NCBI GenBank assembly: GCA_025059535.1
Contig: JANXCX010000006.1
Coordinates: 10,913-74,912, forward strand
Direction: 5' to 3'
Source of the DNA: Bacteroidia bacterium
Lineage (GTDB): Bacteria > Bacteroidota > Bacteroidia > SpSt-205
Length of the DNA stretch: 64,000 bases
The notes below the pieces were generated by a model. It saw nothing but the letters and a program-made list of their open reading frames with translations, was not told the origin of the DNA and did no database searches. The translations under genes were made by a program, and so were the position numbers. Shown one piece after another: positions 7,709-18,051 of the stretch (position 1 is the stretch's first letter; every line of letters begins with the position of its first letter).

Positions 7709-10318
7709 ATGGAGAAAAACTATACGGCCTTGCCAGTGGAAGCCCGCTGGCGAGCCGTGTGGGAAAGCCATAACCTTTACCGGAGCCTTCCCGATGGCCG
7801 GCTAGCCTACGCTATCGTCATGCCGCCCCCCAACGTAACTGGCATCCTCCACATAGGCCACGTGCTCAATAATACGATTCAGGACGTTCTGGCGCGCTAC
7901 TATCGCCTCAAGGGCTACAATGTCTGCTGGGTGCCAGGGACTGACCATGCCTCCATCGCCACCGAAGCTAAAGTAGTAGCTCGCCTCACGCAGGCGGGCT
8001 TAGACAAGCGTCAGCTAGGGCGGGAAAAATTCCTGGAAAAAGCCTGGGAATGGACGCATGAGCATGCGCAGATTATTGTCACCCAGCTCAAGCGTCTGGG
8101 CGTGAGCGCCGACTGGAGCCGGTACCGCTTTACTTTAGACCCGCCTCTCTACCGCGCCGTACTGAAGGCCTTTGTGCGCCTTTATCACGATGGCCTAATC
8201 TACCGGGGCAAGCGCCTCATCCACTGGGACCCCGTAGCGCTCACAGCCCTCTCCGATGAAGAAGTCATTTACAAAGAGCGGCTGGACAACCTCTACTATG
8301 TGCGTTACCCCTTGGAAGGAGGGGGCTACCTCGTAGTGGCCACCGCCCGGCCAGAAACTATCCTGGCCGATGTAGCCGTAGCGGTACATCCAGCCGATGA
8401 ACGCTATCAGAACCTTATAGGCCGCCGGGTGCGCGTACCCCTTACCGACCGCTGGGTACCTATTATCGCCGATGAGGCCGTTGATCCCGAATTTGGTACG
8501 GGTTGTCTAAAAGTTACTCCAGCGCACGACCCAAAGGACTATGAAATAGGCCAGCGCCATGGGCTTCCAATTATTGATATTTTCACTCCTGAGGCCCACC
8601 TTTCTGAAATAGCGGGCAGGTATGCAGGCCTTTCCCGCGAGACGGCACGTACCCGACTGGTGGAAGATCTGGCTCGGGAGGGCTTACTGGAGCAAGTAGT
8701 CCCTTACCCGCACAAAGTAGGCCATTCGGAGCGTACGGATGCAATTATAGAGCCGCGCCTTTCTGAGCAGTGGTTTGTTCGGATGAAGCCCTTGGCTGAG
8801 CTAGCCTTGCGCGCCGTAGAAAAGGGCGAAATCACGCTTGTGCCTGAGCGCTTCTTAGGCACTTACCAGCACTGGCTGGAACAGGTGCGAGACTGGTGCA
8901 TCTCGCGGCAGCTCTGGTGGGGCCATCGTATCCCAGCCTGGTATGCGCCAGATGGGAAGGTATTTGTGGCCCTTACGGCGGAAGAGGCCCAGGCCCAAGC
9001 CCAAGCCGCCGGCTACGACCCGACCACCCTCCGCCAAGACGAAGATGTCTTAGATACCTGGTTCTCCTCTTGGCTCTGGCCACTTAGCGTATTTGATTTC
9101 TTTGAAGACCCTAAAAATTCGGATTTCACCTACTACTACCCCACGCAGGTTCTCGTTACGGCGCCAGAAATCCTCTTTTTCTGGGTGGCGCGCATGATTA
9201 TGGCGGGGTACTATTTTGCGGGGCGAAAGCCTTTCTCAGTGGTGTATCTTCATGGAATTGTCCGCGATAGGCAGCGCCGCAAGATGAGTAAATCCTTGGG
9301 CAATTCGCCTGACCCGCTGGAACTTATGGACCGCTATGGCACGGATGCCCTACGGCTAGGCATCCTCCTTAGCGCCCCCGCCGGCAACGACCTCCTTTTT
9401 GACGAAAGCCTCTGCGAGCAGGGCCGCAACTTCTGTAACAAGCTATGGAATAGCTTCCGCCTAATAGCGAGTTGGAAGGAAAAAGCCCATGAGGGGGCCC
9501 CTACCCCCCTTCAGCAGACGGCCTTTGCCTGGTTCTCGGCACGCCTACGCCAGCTTCAGGCCCAAGTAGAGGCCCTTTTAGCCAGCTACCGCTTCTACGA
9601 AGCGGCCCATGAGTTGTACCACGGAATTTGGGAGGACTTTTGCAGCTGGTATTTGGAAGCCCTCAAGCCGGCTCCCCCCAGAAGCCTCTTAGGCCCCATA
9701 GAAGCCCAGGCCCTTCGCCTTCTTCAGCTCCTTCACCCCTTCGTACCTTTTATCACGGAGGAGTTATGGCATCAGCGTACGGGGGCTCCACCCGAGGAAA
9801 GTATCGGTTTTACTGCCCTACCTACAGCCGAACCGCTAACCCCAGAGGAAACTACGCTCCTTACGCAGGTAGCCCATGCCCAGCGCGTGATTACGCGTCT
9901 GCGCGGCCTGCGGCAAACCTTTGGGCTCTCGGGTCCCCTTCAAGTGGCCGTGCAAACCCCCTCGCCCCACTCAAATGCCCTCGTCGCCGAATGGGCCCGC
10001 CACTTCCTGCCCATCCAGAGCTGGACCTATGTGGATAAACCCCTCCCCCAAGCCTTGCGCTTCGTTCTCCAGCAGGAAGCCTACTACATCCGCCTGGAGG
10101 GGATGCCCACCGAATGGACTACCCTCCGAGAAAAACTTCAAAAGGAACTGGCCCAAGTAGAGAATTTTCTCCGTACAATTGAGGCAAAACTCTCCAATCC
10201 CGCCTTTCTCAATCGCGCCGCCCCCGAAATTGTGGCCCGCGAGGAGAAAAAGTACGCCGACGTGCGAGCACGCCACCAGCTTTTGTTAGAGCAATTAGCC
10301 GTAATGGAAAGCCTATGA
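7709..10318 (+). CDS. valS: Valine--tRNA ligase
   Basis: PPPNVTGILHIGH (HIGH motif), KMSKS, and an 869 aa class-I aaRS with a C-terminal coiled coil. Confidence 0.95.
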   Translation: MEKNYTALPVEARWRAVWESHNLYRSLPDGRLAYAIVMPPPNVTGILHIGHVLNNTIQDVLARYYRLKGYNVCWVPGTDHASIATEAKVVARLTQAGLDKRQLGREKFLEKAWEWTHEHAQIIVTQLKRLGVSADWSRYRFTLDPPLYRAVLKAFVRLYHDGLIYRGKRLIHWDPVALTALSDEEVIYKERLDNLYYVRYPLEGGGYLVVATARPETILADVAVAVHPADERYQNLIGRRVRVPLTDRWVPIIADEAVDPEFGTGCLKVTPAHDPKDYEIGQRHGLPIIDIFTPEAHLSEIAGRYAGLSRETARTRLVEDLAREGLLEQVVPYPHKVGHSERTDAIIEPRLSEQWFVRMKPLAELALRAVEKGEITLVPERFLGTYQHWLEQVRDWCISRQLWWGHRIPAWYAPDGKVFVALTAEEAQAQAQAAGYDPTTLRQDEDVLDTWFSSWLWPLSVFDFFEDPKNSDFTYYYPTQVLVTAPEILFFWVARMIMAGYYFAGRKPFSVVYLHGIVRDRQRRKMSKSLGNSPDPLELMDRYGTDALRLGILLSAPAGNDLLFDESLCEQGRNFCNKLWNSFRLIASWKEKAHEGAPTPLQQTAFAWFSARLRQLQAQVEALLASYRFYEAAHELYHGIWEDFCSWYLEALKPAPPRSLLGPIEAQALRLLQLLHPFVPFITEELWHQRTGAPPEESIGFTALPTAEPLTPEETTLLTQVAHAQRVITRLRGLRQTFGLSGPLQVAVQTPSPHSNALVAEWARHFLPIQSWTYVDKPLPQALRFVLQQEAYYIRLEGMPTEWTTLREKLQKELAQVENFLRTIEAKLSNPAFLNRAAPEIVAREEKKYADVRARHQLLLEQLAVMESL

Positions 10319-11520
10319 GCATTTTGCACGCGACGACGGGATTGGATTTAGATGATACGGCGGTAGGCTATGCCTATCGCTCCACGGCAGATTTACGCCT
10401 GGCGTATTGGCTTTTTCGGCTACTGCGGTGGGGTTGGGTGGTACGCTGGGCCAATTGGAGTGGGGCTAAGGCCCTAAGCTGGCGCCTGCCAGTAGAACCC
10501 CTTCTGCGCTCTACCCTCGGACGACTCTTTCTGGGCGGCGAAACTTTAGAAGCTACCCTACCTATTCTGGCTAATCTTCGGCAGTTTGGCGTGGAAGCTA
10601 TGTTAGACTTTGCCGTAGAGGCTGCCCAGACGGAAAAGGAAGCCGAAATGGCCTTCCAAGAGTACCAAAGGCTTTTACGCTTTGCCAGTCAGCACCGGGA
10701 GCAAGTACCTTTTGTGGCTATCAAGCTCACGGCCCTTGCTCCGCCCCTCCTTTTCCAAAAGCTCAGTCAGGAGGCGCCTTTAGCCTCTACCCTGGAAGCC
10801 TTTCACAGTAAGCTGCAGGAGCGTTTGGAGGCGCTTTGCCAGCAGGCCACCGCCGCTGGGATTGGCCTTATGATAGATGCGGAGGAAAGTTGGCTCCAAA
10901 AAGCGATAGATACCATAGCCGAAACCTATATGGCGCGCTACAATACGCAGTTCCCTTGGATTTACACCAGCGTCCAGATGTATCGACGGGACCGATTGGA
11001 TTACCTCAAGGGCCTTTTGGCGCGAGCAGGAAATTACCTACCGGGCATTAAGCTTGTGCGCGGCGCCTATGTGGAGAAAGAGCGGGCCTATGCGGCGGCC
11101 CACAATCAGCCTGACCCTATCCACCCCACAAAAGCCGCTACCGATATAGCCTATGACGCGGCTCTAATGTACTGTTTAGAACGACTGGATCACTTAGGCC
11201 TCTGTGTGGCTACCCATAACCGCACCAGCTGCATGAAAGCCGCCCAGTACCTAATCCTAAAGAATTGGGATCGTCGGCACCCCCATTTTTCTTTTTCCCA
11301 GCTGTATGGTATGGCGGATCCCCTCTCGTTTGGCCTGGCTAAGGGCGGCTTCCGGGTAATCAAGTACCTACCTTATGGACCTTTACGGCAAGCCTTCCCC
11401 TACCTCGCTCGGCGGGCGGAGGAGAATTCCAGCCTCTCCGACCAGAGCGGCCGTGAGCTTCGGTGGATAGCCGCGGAATTGGAACGCCGCCGACAAGCCG
11501 CTAAAAGACTTTATCCCTGA
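10315..11520 (+). CDS. Proline dehydrogenase family protein
   Basis: IKLVRGAYVEKERAYAAAHNQPDPIH...CVATHN matches the PRODH TIM-barrel pattern. ATGA-coupled to valS. Confidence 0.6.
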   Translation: MSILHATTGLDLDDTAVGYAYRSTADLRLAYWLFRLLRWGWVVRWANWSGAKALSWRLPVEPLLRSTLGRLFLGGETLEATLPILANLRQFGVEAMLDFAVEAAQTEKEAEMAFQEYQRLLRFASQHREQVPFVAIKLTALAPPLLFQKLSQEAPLASTLEAFHSKLQERLEALCQQATAAGIGLMIDAEESWLQKAIDTIAETYMARYNTQFPWIYTSVQMYRRDRLDYLKGLLARAGNYLPGIKLVRGAYVEKERAYAAAHNQPDPIHPTKAATDIAYDAALMYCLERLDHLGLCVATHNRTSCMKAAQYLILKNWDRRHPHFSFSQLYGMADPLSFGLAKGGFRVIKYLPYGPLRQAFPYLARRAEENSSLSDQSGRELRWIAAELERRRQAAKRLYP

Positions 11521-11531
11521 AGCCTCTCCCC

Positions 11532-12962
11532 TTAGCGGTCGTCGCGCGTAAAGCCTATAGTTTGGTCATCCCGAAAGATAAACGCCCCGCCGCTGCCAAA
11601 GCGGTGAAAGGCCTCCGTTTCGCCCGTAGCCGCCGCCCGTGCCCGCAAAAGAAAAGCCCGCCAGTTCCGATTCTGAAGCTCCCCAATTTTATTGGAGTGA
11701 AGCAGCGGATACTCCCCCGTGATTAGGTCGGGATCATAGAAAACGAAGATAACCGAGCTCTGCGCGCCAATCTGGTTATATACCCATATTTGGTAGGGGT
11801 ATTTGTCGGGCTCGTTGAAGTAGAACTGCATGTCGTTAGGCGGGCCGTACTGAATGAATACCCGCCCGCGGTCGGTACGCCAGCCCGGCCGAATAGAAGA
11901 CTTGAAGTGCTGCCGAGCATACTCAAAGCGCTGCCGAAATTCTTGAAAGGAAAGGCTACCGGGCCGCTCAGCCCGCTTCTTCCAAAAGGCTACAAAGTAG
12001 ACCTTCTTTTCGGCGAAGCTCTTCAGGGTCTTTTGGAAGCTGCGCTCGGTGGGGGTAGCTAAGTAATAAAGGCCTTCTAAGTACTCATCCAGCAGCTTTT
12101 CGGGGAAGCCGTATTGGCTATCGTATTCGGCTTCGCTGGCTTGGGGCAGAGGCTCTCGGGTAGTGAAAAGATGAAAGCGGCGATACCAGCTGGCAAGCAC
12201 TTCGCCGGTATTACGGCATAGCTCTATTTGCGTTAGGTAGATGCCAGAGGAAAGCTGGGCTACGGGGAGGGTAAAGGTAAAGGCCTCAAATGGGCCGGGT
12301 CGGCGAGGGCGCCGCTGGAAGGTAAAGCCCGGCACGTCTGCGCCAGTTTGCGCATCCACAAGACGCAGGCGCAAGTAGTAGGGCTCCCCACCTATCAGGC
12401 TATCCACGTGGTAGATTTCCCCATACAGCCGGAGCGTGTCGGGGTCTGTGAAAAACCCATTAGTTATCCACAGGTCTAAGTTGAGTCCGTGCCGCTCATA
12501 GCCTTTGGGGGTGGAAGCCTGTCCCCCGCGCGCATACAGCAGATCGCTGTAGCCAAAGCCAGCCGATTTAGCTGGCACCTCAAACTGTGTAACCGCCTTA
12601 ACCTTCTGCGGACGCGGCAGCTGGTGGGGATCCATCCCCTCTACTTCCAAGGTATAGACTCCCTGGGGCAGGCGCAGCCGTCGCACATCCACATACAGCC
12701 GCTGGCGCTCCGGCGCCATCGTATCTCGCACGACAGGGAGGATAAAGCGAAATTTATCCGCATACACCGCTTCATCCAGCTGATTTTTGAGAAGGAGCAG
12801 AAAATCTACTTGGGCCTTGTAGCCGTCGCCCTCAGGGACATAGCGCACGCTTGTAGCATCTACGCCTAAGAAAAGCTCCACATAGGGCTCCCCTTCTAGG
12901 GTAAAGAAGCGTACGGGCTCCACGTAAAAGAGAACTTGGAGCCAGAAGAGGGCTGCCAGCAT
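11532..12962 (-). CDS. GWxTD domain-containing protein
   Basis: GWRTDRGRVFIQYGPPND motif near the C-terminus. 476 aa with an N-terminal signal/TM segment. Confidence 0.7.
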   Translation of the reverse strand: MLAALFWLQVLFYVEPVRFFTLEGEPYVELFLGVDATSVRYVPEGDGYKAQVDFLLLLKNQLDEAVYADKFRFILPVVRDTMAPERQRLYVDVRRLRLPQGVYTLEVEGMDPHQLPRPQKVKAVTQFEVPAKSAGFGYSDLLYARGGQASTPKGYERHGLNLDLWITNGFFTDPDTLRLYGEIYHVDSLIGGEPYYLRLRLVDAQTGADVPGFTFQRRPRRPGPFEAFTFTLPVAQLSSGIYLTQIELCRNTGEVLASWYRRFHLFTTREPLPQASEAEYDSQYGFPEKLLDEYLEGLYYLATPTERSFQKTLKSFAEKKVYFVAFWKKRAERPGSLSFQEFRQRFEYARQHFKSSIRPGWRTDRGRVFIQYGPPNDMQFYFNEPDKYPYQIWVYNQIGAQSSVIFVFYDPDLITGEYPLLHSNKIGELQNRNWRAFLLRARAAATGETEAFHRFGSGGAFIFRDDQTIGFTRDDR

Positions 12963-12966
12963 TTAG

Positions 12967-12974
12967 CAAAGATA
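12967..12974 (-). promoter_or_regulatory. -7 box TATCTTTG, 4 nt upstream of the GWxTD ATG
   Basis: Minus strand reads TATCTTTGCTAAATG. The TTTGCTAAATG core is shared with the FTR1 and T9SS-protein promoters. Confidence 0.45.
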
Positions 12975-12975
12975 C

Positions 12976-13812
12976 CTAACGGTTTGCTTTACGCCACAGC
13001 CAGAAGCCCAAGCCGAAGGTGAGGAGCCATACGCCTAATTCGGTCCAGCTCATCGTAGCCCGCCAGCCGAGGAGGGCATGAAAAATTCCGCCCAGCCAGC
13101 CTTTATGATGGAGAAGGGGATAGTAGAGCCCTTCGTGGAAGGTGTAGGCCCAAGCGTAAGCCTTAGGAGGCCCAGAAGTAGGGGGAAAAAGGGTCCAAGC
13201 CTTTGCTTCCTCTAAAGCCTCAGCCCAGGCCCAGTGGCTGGAAAGAAGCTCTAAAAGTTCATGAGCCCCGTAGGCTGCCATCCCTGCAGCCATAAGAAGC
13301 AGCAAAACGGAGGTAACGCGGAAAAATGGCCGCAGAGGCACGCGCCGCCCATAGAGAAAAAGGGAAAGGCCTAGAAGTACCGCTACCAAAAGCCCGACAA
13401 TTCCACCTACCCAGGAGAGGCTTTGTTGCATCTGCCAAAGAGCCCGCAGGAAAATCGCCGTTTCTAAGCCTTCCCGCAGCACGGCAAATAGGCTGGTGCC
13501 GAAAAGGAGCCAGCCTTCTGTAACCTGGGCCGCAGTCTGCAGCTCTTGGCGCAGGGTACCGCTGCGCCTTTGCATCCAAACCACCATAGAAACAAGAAGC
13601 CCCGCCGCACTAAAGGAGAGACCTATTTCCCACAGTATGTGAGCGGAGGCCAGTCTATGTAAGACCCATGCGCCTGCTATACTCAATACAACGGCGCTGC
13701 CCACGCCCGCCCATATGAAGCTACGCAGTGAGGGCGCCGCATACCGAGCTAAGATGCCTACTACGAGCGCCGCTTCCAGCGTCTCGCGAAACGTCACAAA
13801 CCCCTCACCCAT
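12976..13812 (-). CDS. FTR1 family iron permease
   Basis: Two RExxE motifs (FRETLEA, REGLETA) and 7 TM helices. Confidence 0.65.
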   Translation of the reverse strand: MGEGFVTFRETLEAALVVGILARYAAPSLRSFIWAGVGSAVVLSIAGAWVLHRLASAHILWEIGLSFSAAGLLVSMVVWMQRRSGTLRQELQTAAQVTEGWLLFGTSLFAVLREGLETAIFLRALWQMQQSLSWVGGIVGLLVAVLLGLSLFLYGRRVPLRPFFRVTSVLLLLMAAGMAAYGAHELLELLSSHWAWAEALEEAKAWTLFPPTSGPPKAYAWAYTFHEGLYYPLLHHKGWLGGIFHALLGWRATMSWTELGVWLLTFGLGFWLWRKANR

Positions 13813-13816
13813 TTAG

Positions 13817-13824
13817 CAAAGGTA
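13817..13824 (-). promoter_or_regulatory. -7 box TACCTTTG, 4 nt upstream of the FTR1 ATG
   Basis: Minus strand reads TACCTTTGCTAAATG. Confidence 0.45.
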
Positions 13825-13846
13825 ACTAATTTGGAATGAATACAAA

Positions 13847-15955
13847 CTACGGCCTAGTGCCGACCCGCTCCATAAAGCGCTCTACCTCCAAAAAGACTCT
13901 ATAGCGGTAGCCGCCTAAGCCGTGATTTTGATTAGGGAAGATGCGCCATTCAACAGGGGCATCGGGCTGCGCGCGCCACAGCCGCTCTAAAAAGCGGTAG
14001 GTATGCTGGACATGCACATTATCGTCGGCCTCGCCATGGATAAGAAGAAGGGGTACGCGCAAAGGCTTATCGGAAGGGGGAAGGGCGGTGCGGAGATAGC
14101 CTTCTGAATTGGCGCTAAGAAGGTCCATGAAGCGTTCGGTGTAGGCCGTGTCGTAGAGGCGCCAGTCGGTCACAGGGGCTACGGCTATCGCCGCACGCAA
14201 GCCCTCTGGCGCTAAGAAGGCCAGCCGTATCGCCAAATAGCCGCCATAGCTCCAGCCGAAAGCCACCACCGGCCCACTATAGGGCTGCGACCTAAGCCAG
14301 CGAACAAATTCGGCTAGCTCTTGGGCTTCCGCCTCGCCCAGCCGACGGTAGGTAGCAAAGCGCTCCGCTGGATAGAGGGCCGTGCCTATCCCATCCATGC
14401 AGGCTACCAAAAAGCCCTTCTGAGCTAAGTAGGCATACCAGGCGAGGAAGGTCCCATTAAAAGCCTCCTTAACCTGCTGCGAGCCCGGACCGCCATAAAA
14501 AGTAAGGAGGATCGGGTGCGGGCGAGTGGAGTCCCACCGCTCGGGCCCGGCTAAGTAGGCCCAGCGTCGCTTCCCCGCCGAAGTGGCAAACTCCATGAAG
14601 CGCACCTGAATGGGAAGCCTTTGGCGGCGCAGGTCGGCATTTAGGTCGGGAAGCGGGAAGCGCTGCATGGGCTGGCGCGCGGCGCGCAGCTCCTCCTGAG
14701 GCGGCGTCAGGAAAGTACTATACCGCAGGTGAAGCACTTCCCCCATCAGCTCCCCCTCCGCCCAGCCCTCCGCCGGGGTAAGCCACTCCACGCGCCTTTT
14801 GGGGAGATACAGGTAGCCCACGCGCTGGTCCTTAGGCGTCTGCCCCGCCGCATGAAAGAATACTTTATCCCCCACAAACCCAATCAGGCTTCGCAAACCG
14901 GGTACATTATAAGTGCCTAAGCGCCGGCCCTTATAGTCTAACCGCCAGAGCTCTACGGTAGGGCGCCCCGCCGCCCGATAAATCAGCTCCGGCCGATCCT
15001 CGGCAAAAACTACAAGCTGCCGATCATCCCACGTGAAATATCCCTCCGTAGAGTCAGAGAAGAAAGGCGCTACGCCTTCTTCGGGGGTATACTTATAAAG
15101 CGTGAAGCGGTTCTGCGTACGAACCAGATGGGTAAAGTAGAGTTCATCCCCCATGGGGCTCCAGCTAAACCAGGGTATATAGCCGCCTGTCGTGTCCTGC
15201 CAGAGGTATTCTATAGTGCGAGTGGGAAGGTGAAGTAGGCCGAGGGCTACTTTAGGATTAGGCTCACCTACGCGCGGGTAGCTAATTTTCTGAAGGGCTG
15301 GGTAGCCGGCGCCATAAAACAGAAGCGGATAGGTAGGCAGCGAGGTACCGTCTAAGAGTAGGAAGGCCACATAGGTACCTGAGGGCGAAATGGCAAAGGC
15401 CTGCGTAAAGCTAAATTCCTCCTCGTACAGCCAGTCGGTTGTGCCAGCCTGTTTGGGGGCCGTGTAGCGGGTGAGGGTATCCCAAGCGCCTTTACTTAGG
15501 GTGTAGGCGTAGAGGTTATGGTCGTCGGCGGCGAGGAGGGTGGTGCCATCGGGGGTAAAAGCGGCCTCCCGCCAGCGCTGGCCAGGTAAGCGGTGGGTTT
15601 GCGGGCCTTCCTGCCATACCAGCCTACCGGCGCTGGAGTGGCGAAAGCCCCGCTGAAGCTCTTCCCAAAAAACCCAGCCGCGTCCAGCTGGATTGGGTAG
15701 CCAGCGGTGTAGGGGCCCTGACCGTCCCAGCGTTTCTGGCTTGAGAGTGGGACCTACTTTTAGGAGCCAGCCCTCGGGGGCCTGCGCATACCAGCCCCCC
15801 GACCCCCGCATGCCCTCCCACTGCACCGCCTGATAGCCATACCGCTGCCAGATACCCGCCAAATCCAAAACCTGAAACCACCATACACCCCACATGCCCC
15901 AAAAGTACGGCTCAGCCCCCTTTTTCCACGGCTTATGCCATTTTTTCTTACCCAA
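13847..15955 (-). CDS. S9 family peptidase (prolyl oligopeptidase/DPP-IV-like, beta-propeller plus alpha/beta hydrolase)
   Basis: GWSYGGYLA (GxSxGG nucleophile elbow) and a C-terminal Asp/His region. TTG start in the ORF track, so the exact start is uncertain and no clear signal peptide is seen. Confidence 0.7.
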   Translation of the reverse strand: MGKKKWHKPWKKGAEPYFWGMWGVWWFQVLDLAGIWQRYGYQAVQWEGMRGSGGWYAQAPEGWLLKVGPTLKPETLGRSGPLHRWLPNPAGRGWVFWEELQRGFRHSSAGRLVWQEGPQTHRLPGQRWREAAFTPDGTTLLAADDHNLYAYTLSKGAWDTLTRYTAPKQAGTTDWLYEEEFSFTQAFAISPSGTYVAFLLLDGTSLPTYPLLFYGAGYPALQKISYPRVGEPNPKVALGLLHLPTRTIEYLWQDTTGGYIPWFSWSPMGDELYFTHLVRTQNRFTLYKYTPEEGVAPFFSDSTEGYFTWDDRQLVVFAEDRPELIYRAAGRPTVELWRLDYKGRRLGTYNVPGLRSLIGFVGDKVFFHAAGQTPKDQRVGYLYLPKRRVEWLTPAEGWAEGELMGEVLHLRYSTFLTPPQEELRAARQPMQRFPLPDLNADLRRQRLPIQVRFMEFATSAGKRRWAYLAGPERWDSTRPHPILLTFYGGPGSQQVKEAFNGTFLAWYAYLAQKGFLVACMDGIGTALYPAERFATYRRLGEAEAQELAEFVRWLRSQPYSGPVVAFGWSYGGYLAIRLAFLAPEGLRAAIAVAPVTDWRLYDTAYTERFMDLLSANSEGYLRTALPPSDKPLRVPLLLIHGEADDNVHVQHTYRFLERLWRAQPDAPVEWRIFPNQNHGLGGYRYRVFLEVERFMERVGTRP

Positions 15956-15991
15956 GCCTACTACCTTTACGCACCGAGGCTAAGTAGTTTA

Positions 15992-15999
15992 TACCTTTG
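15992..15999 (+). promoter_or_regulatory. -7 box TACCTTTG, 4 nt upstream of the T9SS-protein ATG
   Basis: TACCTTTGCTAAATG. Confidence 0.45.
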
Positions 16000-16003
16000 C
16001 TAA

Positions 16004-18031
16004 ATGCGAGGCATACAGACGGTTGGGCTGTTTTGCCTGGGCTTCCTACTGGCTCAGCCGCATCGCCCTGAGTCTGACTGCAGTGGGGCTATCCGAATCT
16101 GCCGAGATGTCTATGCCTATCCCGGCGGAATTCCCTCCTACGGGACGGTGCAGGAGTTGAGTGGGGGAAGAGGTACGTGCCTTGTAGGCGGAGAGCACCA
16201 GACAGCCTGGTTCATTTTTACCGTCCAGCGAAGCGGTACGATGGGGTTTGTTATCTGTCCTGCAGCTGGTTGGGGCGCACGCGACTATGACTTTGCCCTC
16301 TGGGATGTTACCGACCTTCCAAACCCCTGCAGTATCTTTCAAGGCGCAGGTCCGCTTTCCGTTCTACCTATTCGGTGCAACTTCTCTGGCGATCAGGGGG
16401 AAACCTCCTGCTGCGGTGGCATTACCTGTGCTAATCCAGGCCTTACCGGATTAGATCACACTAATGTGGATCCCGCTCCTATTTCCTACAATGCAGGTCA
16501 AGACCCTGTCATGCCTGGCTTACCGGTTCAGCGCGGGCGTACCTATCTCCTGCTAGTGGATAACTTTAGCAATAATAACGTGGGTTTCACGATAAGGTTT
16601 TATGGCACGGCAGATTACATTGACAACCGACCGCCGGAGATGGACAGCGTGCTTTTTACCTGCAGCCCCTTATATGAGAGCCAGCTGCCGCTTCTGGAGC
16701 GCTTTCGCGTCCGATTCAATGAAGTAATAAATCCCACTACGGTAGCGCAGGATGGGAGCGACTTTAAGCTTTTGGAGGAGGGTACGGGCAACGTGATAGC
16801 CTTTACGCGTGCAGTGCCTATTAACCCCCCTCAGACGCGCTTTGTGGACCTTGTGCCGGCTCAGCCGCTGCGGCCCGCCCAGCGCTATAAGCTTCTTGTA
16901 AGCTACCGAGGCGAAAACCCCACCGATGGAAATACTATCCTAGATGGCTGCGGTAATGCCATACCGCCTGGTGGGGCTACTACAGCGGGCGATACGTTGG
17001 AATTTGAGACGCCCGATACGATGGGGATAGAGATTACGACGCAACCGCCGCGCTGTCCGCGCACAGCCACCGGCGTAATCCAAGTAAATGTGAGCGGGAG
17101 CAGTGGGCCGTATGAGTATGCCATAGTGGCTGGGAATAGCGGGGCGCCGCCGGCGGCCGGCTGGGGCCCTACCACCAGCTGGAACGACCGCACCGCTGGC
17201 ACCTACACCATATGGATACGAAATAGGTTTGGCTGCGTGCAGCGGCGCGTAGTAGAGCTTGCAGACCCTCAGCCCGTGCGGCTTACGGTGGTAGACTCCC
17301 AGTACGTGGCCTGTGGGGGCGAGCCCATAGGTTTTGTGCAGGGCCGGGCCGAAGGAGGTACGCCCCCCTACTTTTACGGCCTTTCCCCTGCGCCAGGCGA
17401 CACGACCTGGCAGCGCGATAGCGTCTTCCGCAACCTGGGCACAGGCCAGTACCAGCTTTTTGCCCGAGACCAGTTCGGCTGCCTAAGCCCACCCCACAGC
17501 TTCCGGATAGATATTTATCCGCCCGTACGGCTGGTAGCGGTAGATATGGATTCGGCCTATTGCAATGACCCTACGGGCCGCCTGCGTGTGCAAGCTACGG
17601 GAGGCATTGGCGCCCCTTACACCTATACCCTGAATGGCACCTCTAATACCACTGGAGACTTTCCCGGCTTACCCGCGGGTAGCCATCGCCTCACTATCCA
17701 GAGCGGCCCTTGCCAAGGAGATACCACTCTCCAAGTAGGACGCTTACCCTGCGTATTTGTGAATGTTCCTACGGCTTTTACCCCAAATGGCGATGGCATC
17801 AATGACCAGTGGGTAATCAGCGGACGGGGGGTTCAGCGCATAGAGGTTACCGTATGGGACCGCTGGGGCAATCAAATCTGGAGCAATAACGGCGAAATGA
17901 CGCGCTTTTGGGATGGCACGACGAAAAGCGGTCAGGCAGTTCCCGAAGGCGTCTATAGCTTCCTTCTGCGCATTGTAGATGTGCGAGGCCAAGAGATGGT
18001 TCGGACGGGCACGGTTACTATTCTCCGTTAG
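16004..18031 (+). CDS. T9SS type B sorting domain (gliding motility-associated C-terminal domain) surface protein
   Basis: C-terminal FTPNGDGINDQW...RGQEM is the CTD motif. Signal peptide and Cys-rich N-terminal domain. 675 aa. Confidence 0.75.
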   Translation: MRGIQTVGLFCLGFLLAQPHRPESDCSGAIRICRDVYAYPGGIPSYGTVQELSGGRGTCLVGGEHQTAWFIFTVQRSGTMGFVICPAAGWGARDYDFALWDVTDLPNPCSIFQGAGPLSVLPIRCNFSGDQGETSCCGGITCANPGLTGLDHTNVDPAPISYNAGQDPVMPGLPVQRGRTYLLLVDNFSNNNVGFTIRFYGTADYIDNRPPEMDSVLFTCSPLYESQLPLLERFRVRFNEVINPTTVAQDGSDFKLLEEGTGNVIAFTRAVPINPPQTRFVDLVPAQPLRPAQRYKLLVSYRGENPTDGNTILDGCGNAIPPGGATTAGDTLEFETPDTMGIEITTQPPRCPRTATGVIQVNVSGSSGPYEYAIVAGNSGAPPAAGWGPTTSWNDRTAGTYTIWIRNRFGCVQRRVVELADPQPVRLTVVDSQYVACGGEPIGFVQGRAEGGTPPYFYGLSPAPGDTTWQRDSVFRNLGTGQYQLFARDQFGCLSPPHSFRIDIYPPVRLVAVDMDSAYCNDPTGRLRVQATGGIGAPYTYTLNGTSNTTGDFPGLPAGSHRLTIQSGPCQGDTTLQVGRLPCVFVNVPTAFTPNGDGINDQWVISGRGVQRIEVTVWDRWGNQIWSNNGEMTRFWDGTTKSGQAVPEGVYSFLLRIVDVRGQEMVRTGTVTILR

Positions 18032-18037
18032 GCTTTC

Positions 18038-18045
18038 TACCTTTG
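18038..18045 (+). promoter_or_regulatory. -7 box TACCTTTG, 6 nt upstream of ATG 18052
   Basis: TACCTTTGcggcctATG. Confidence 0.4.
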
Positions 18046-18051
18046 CGGCCT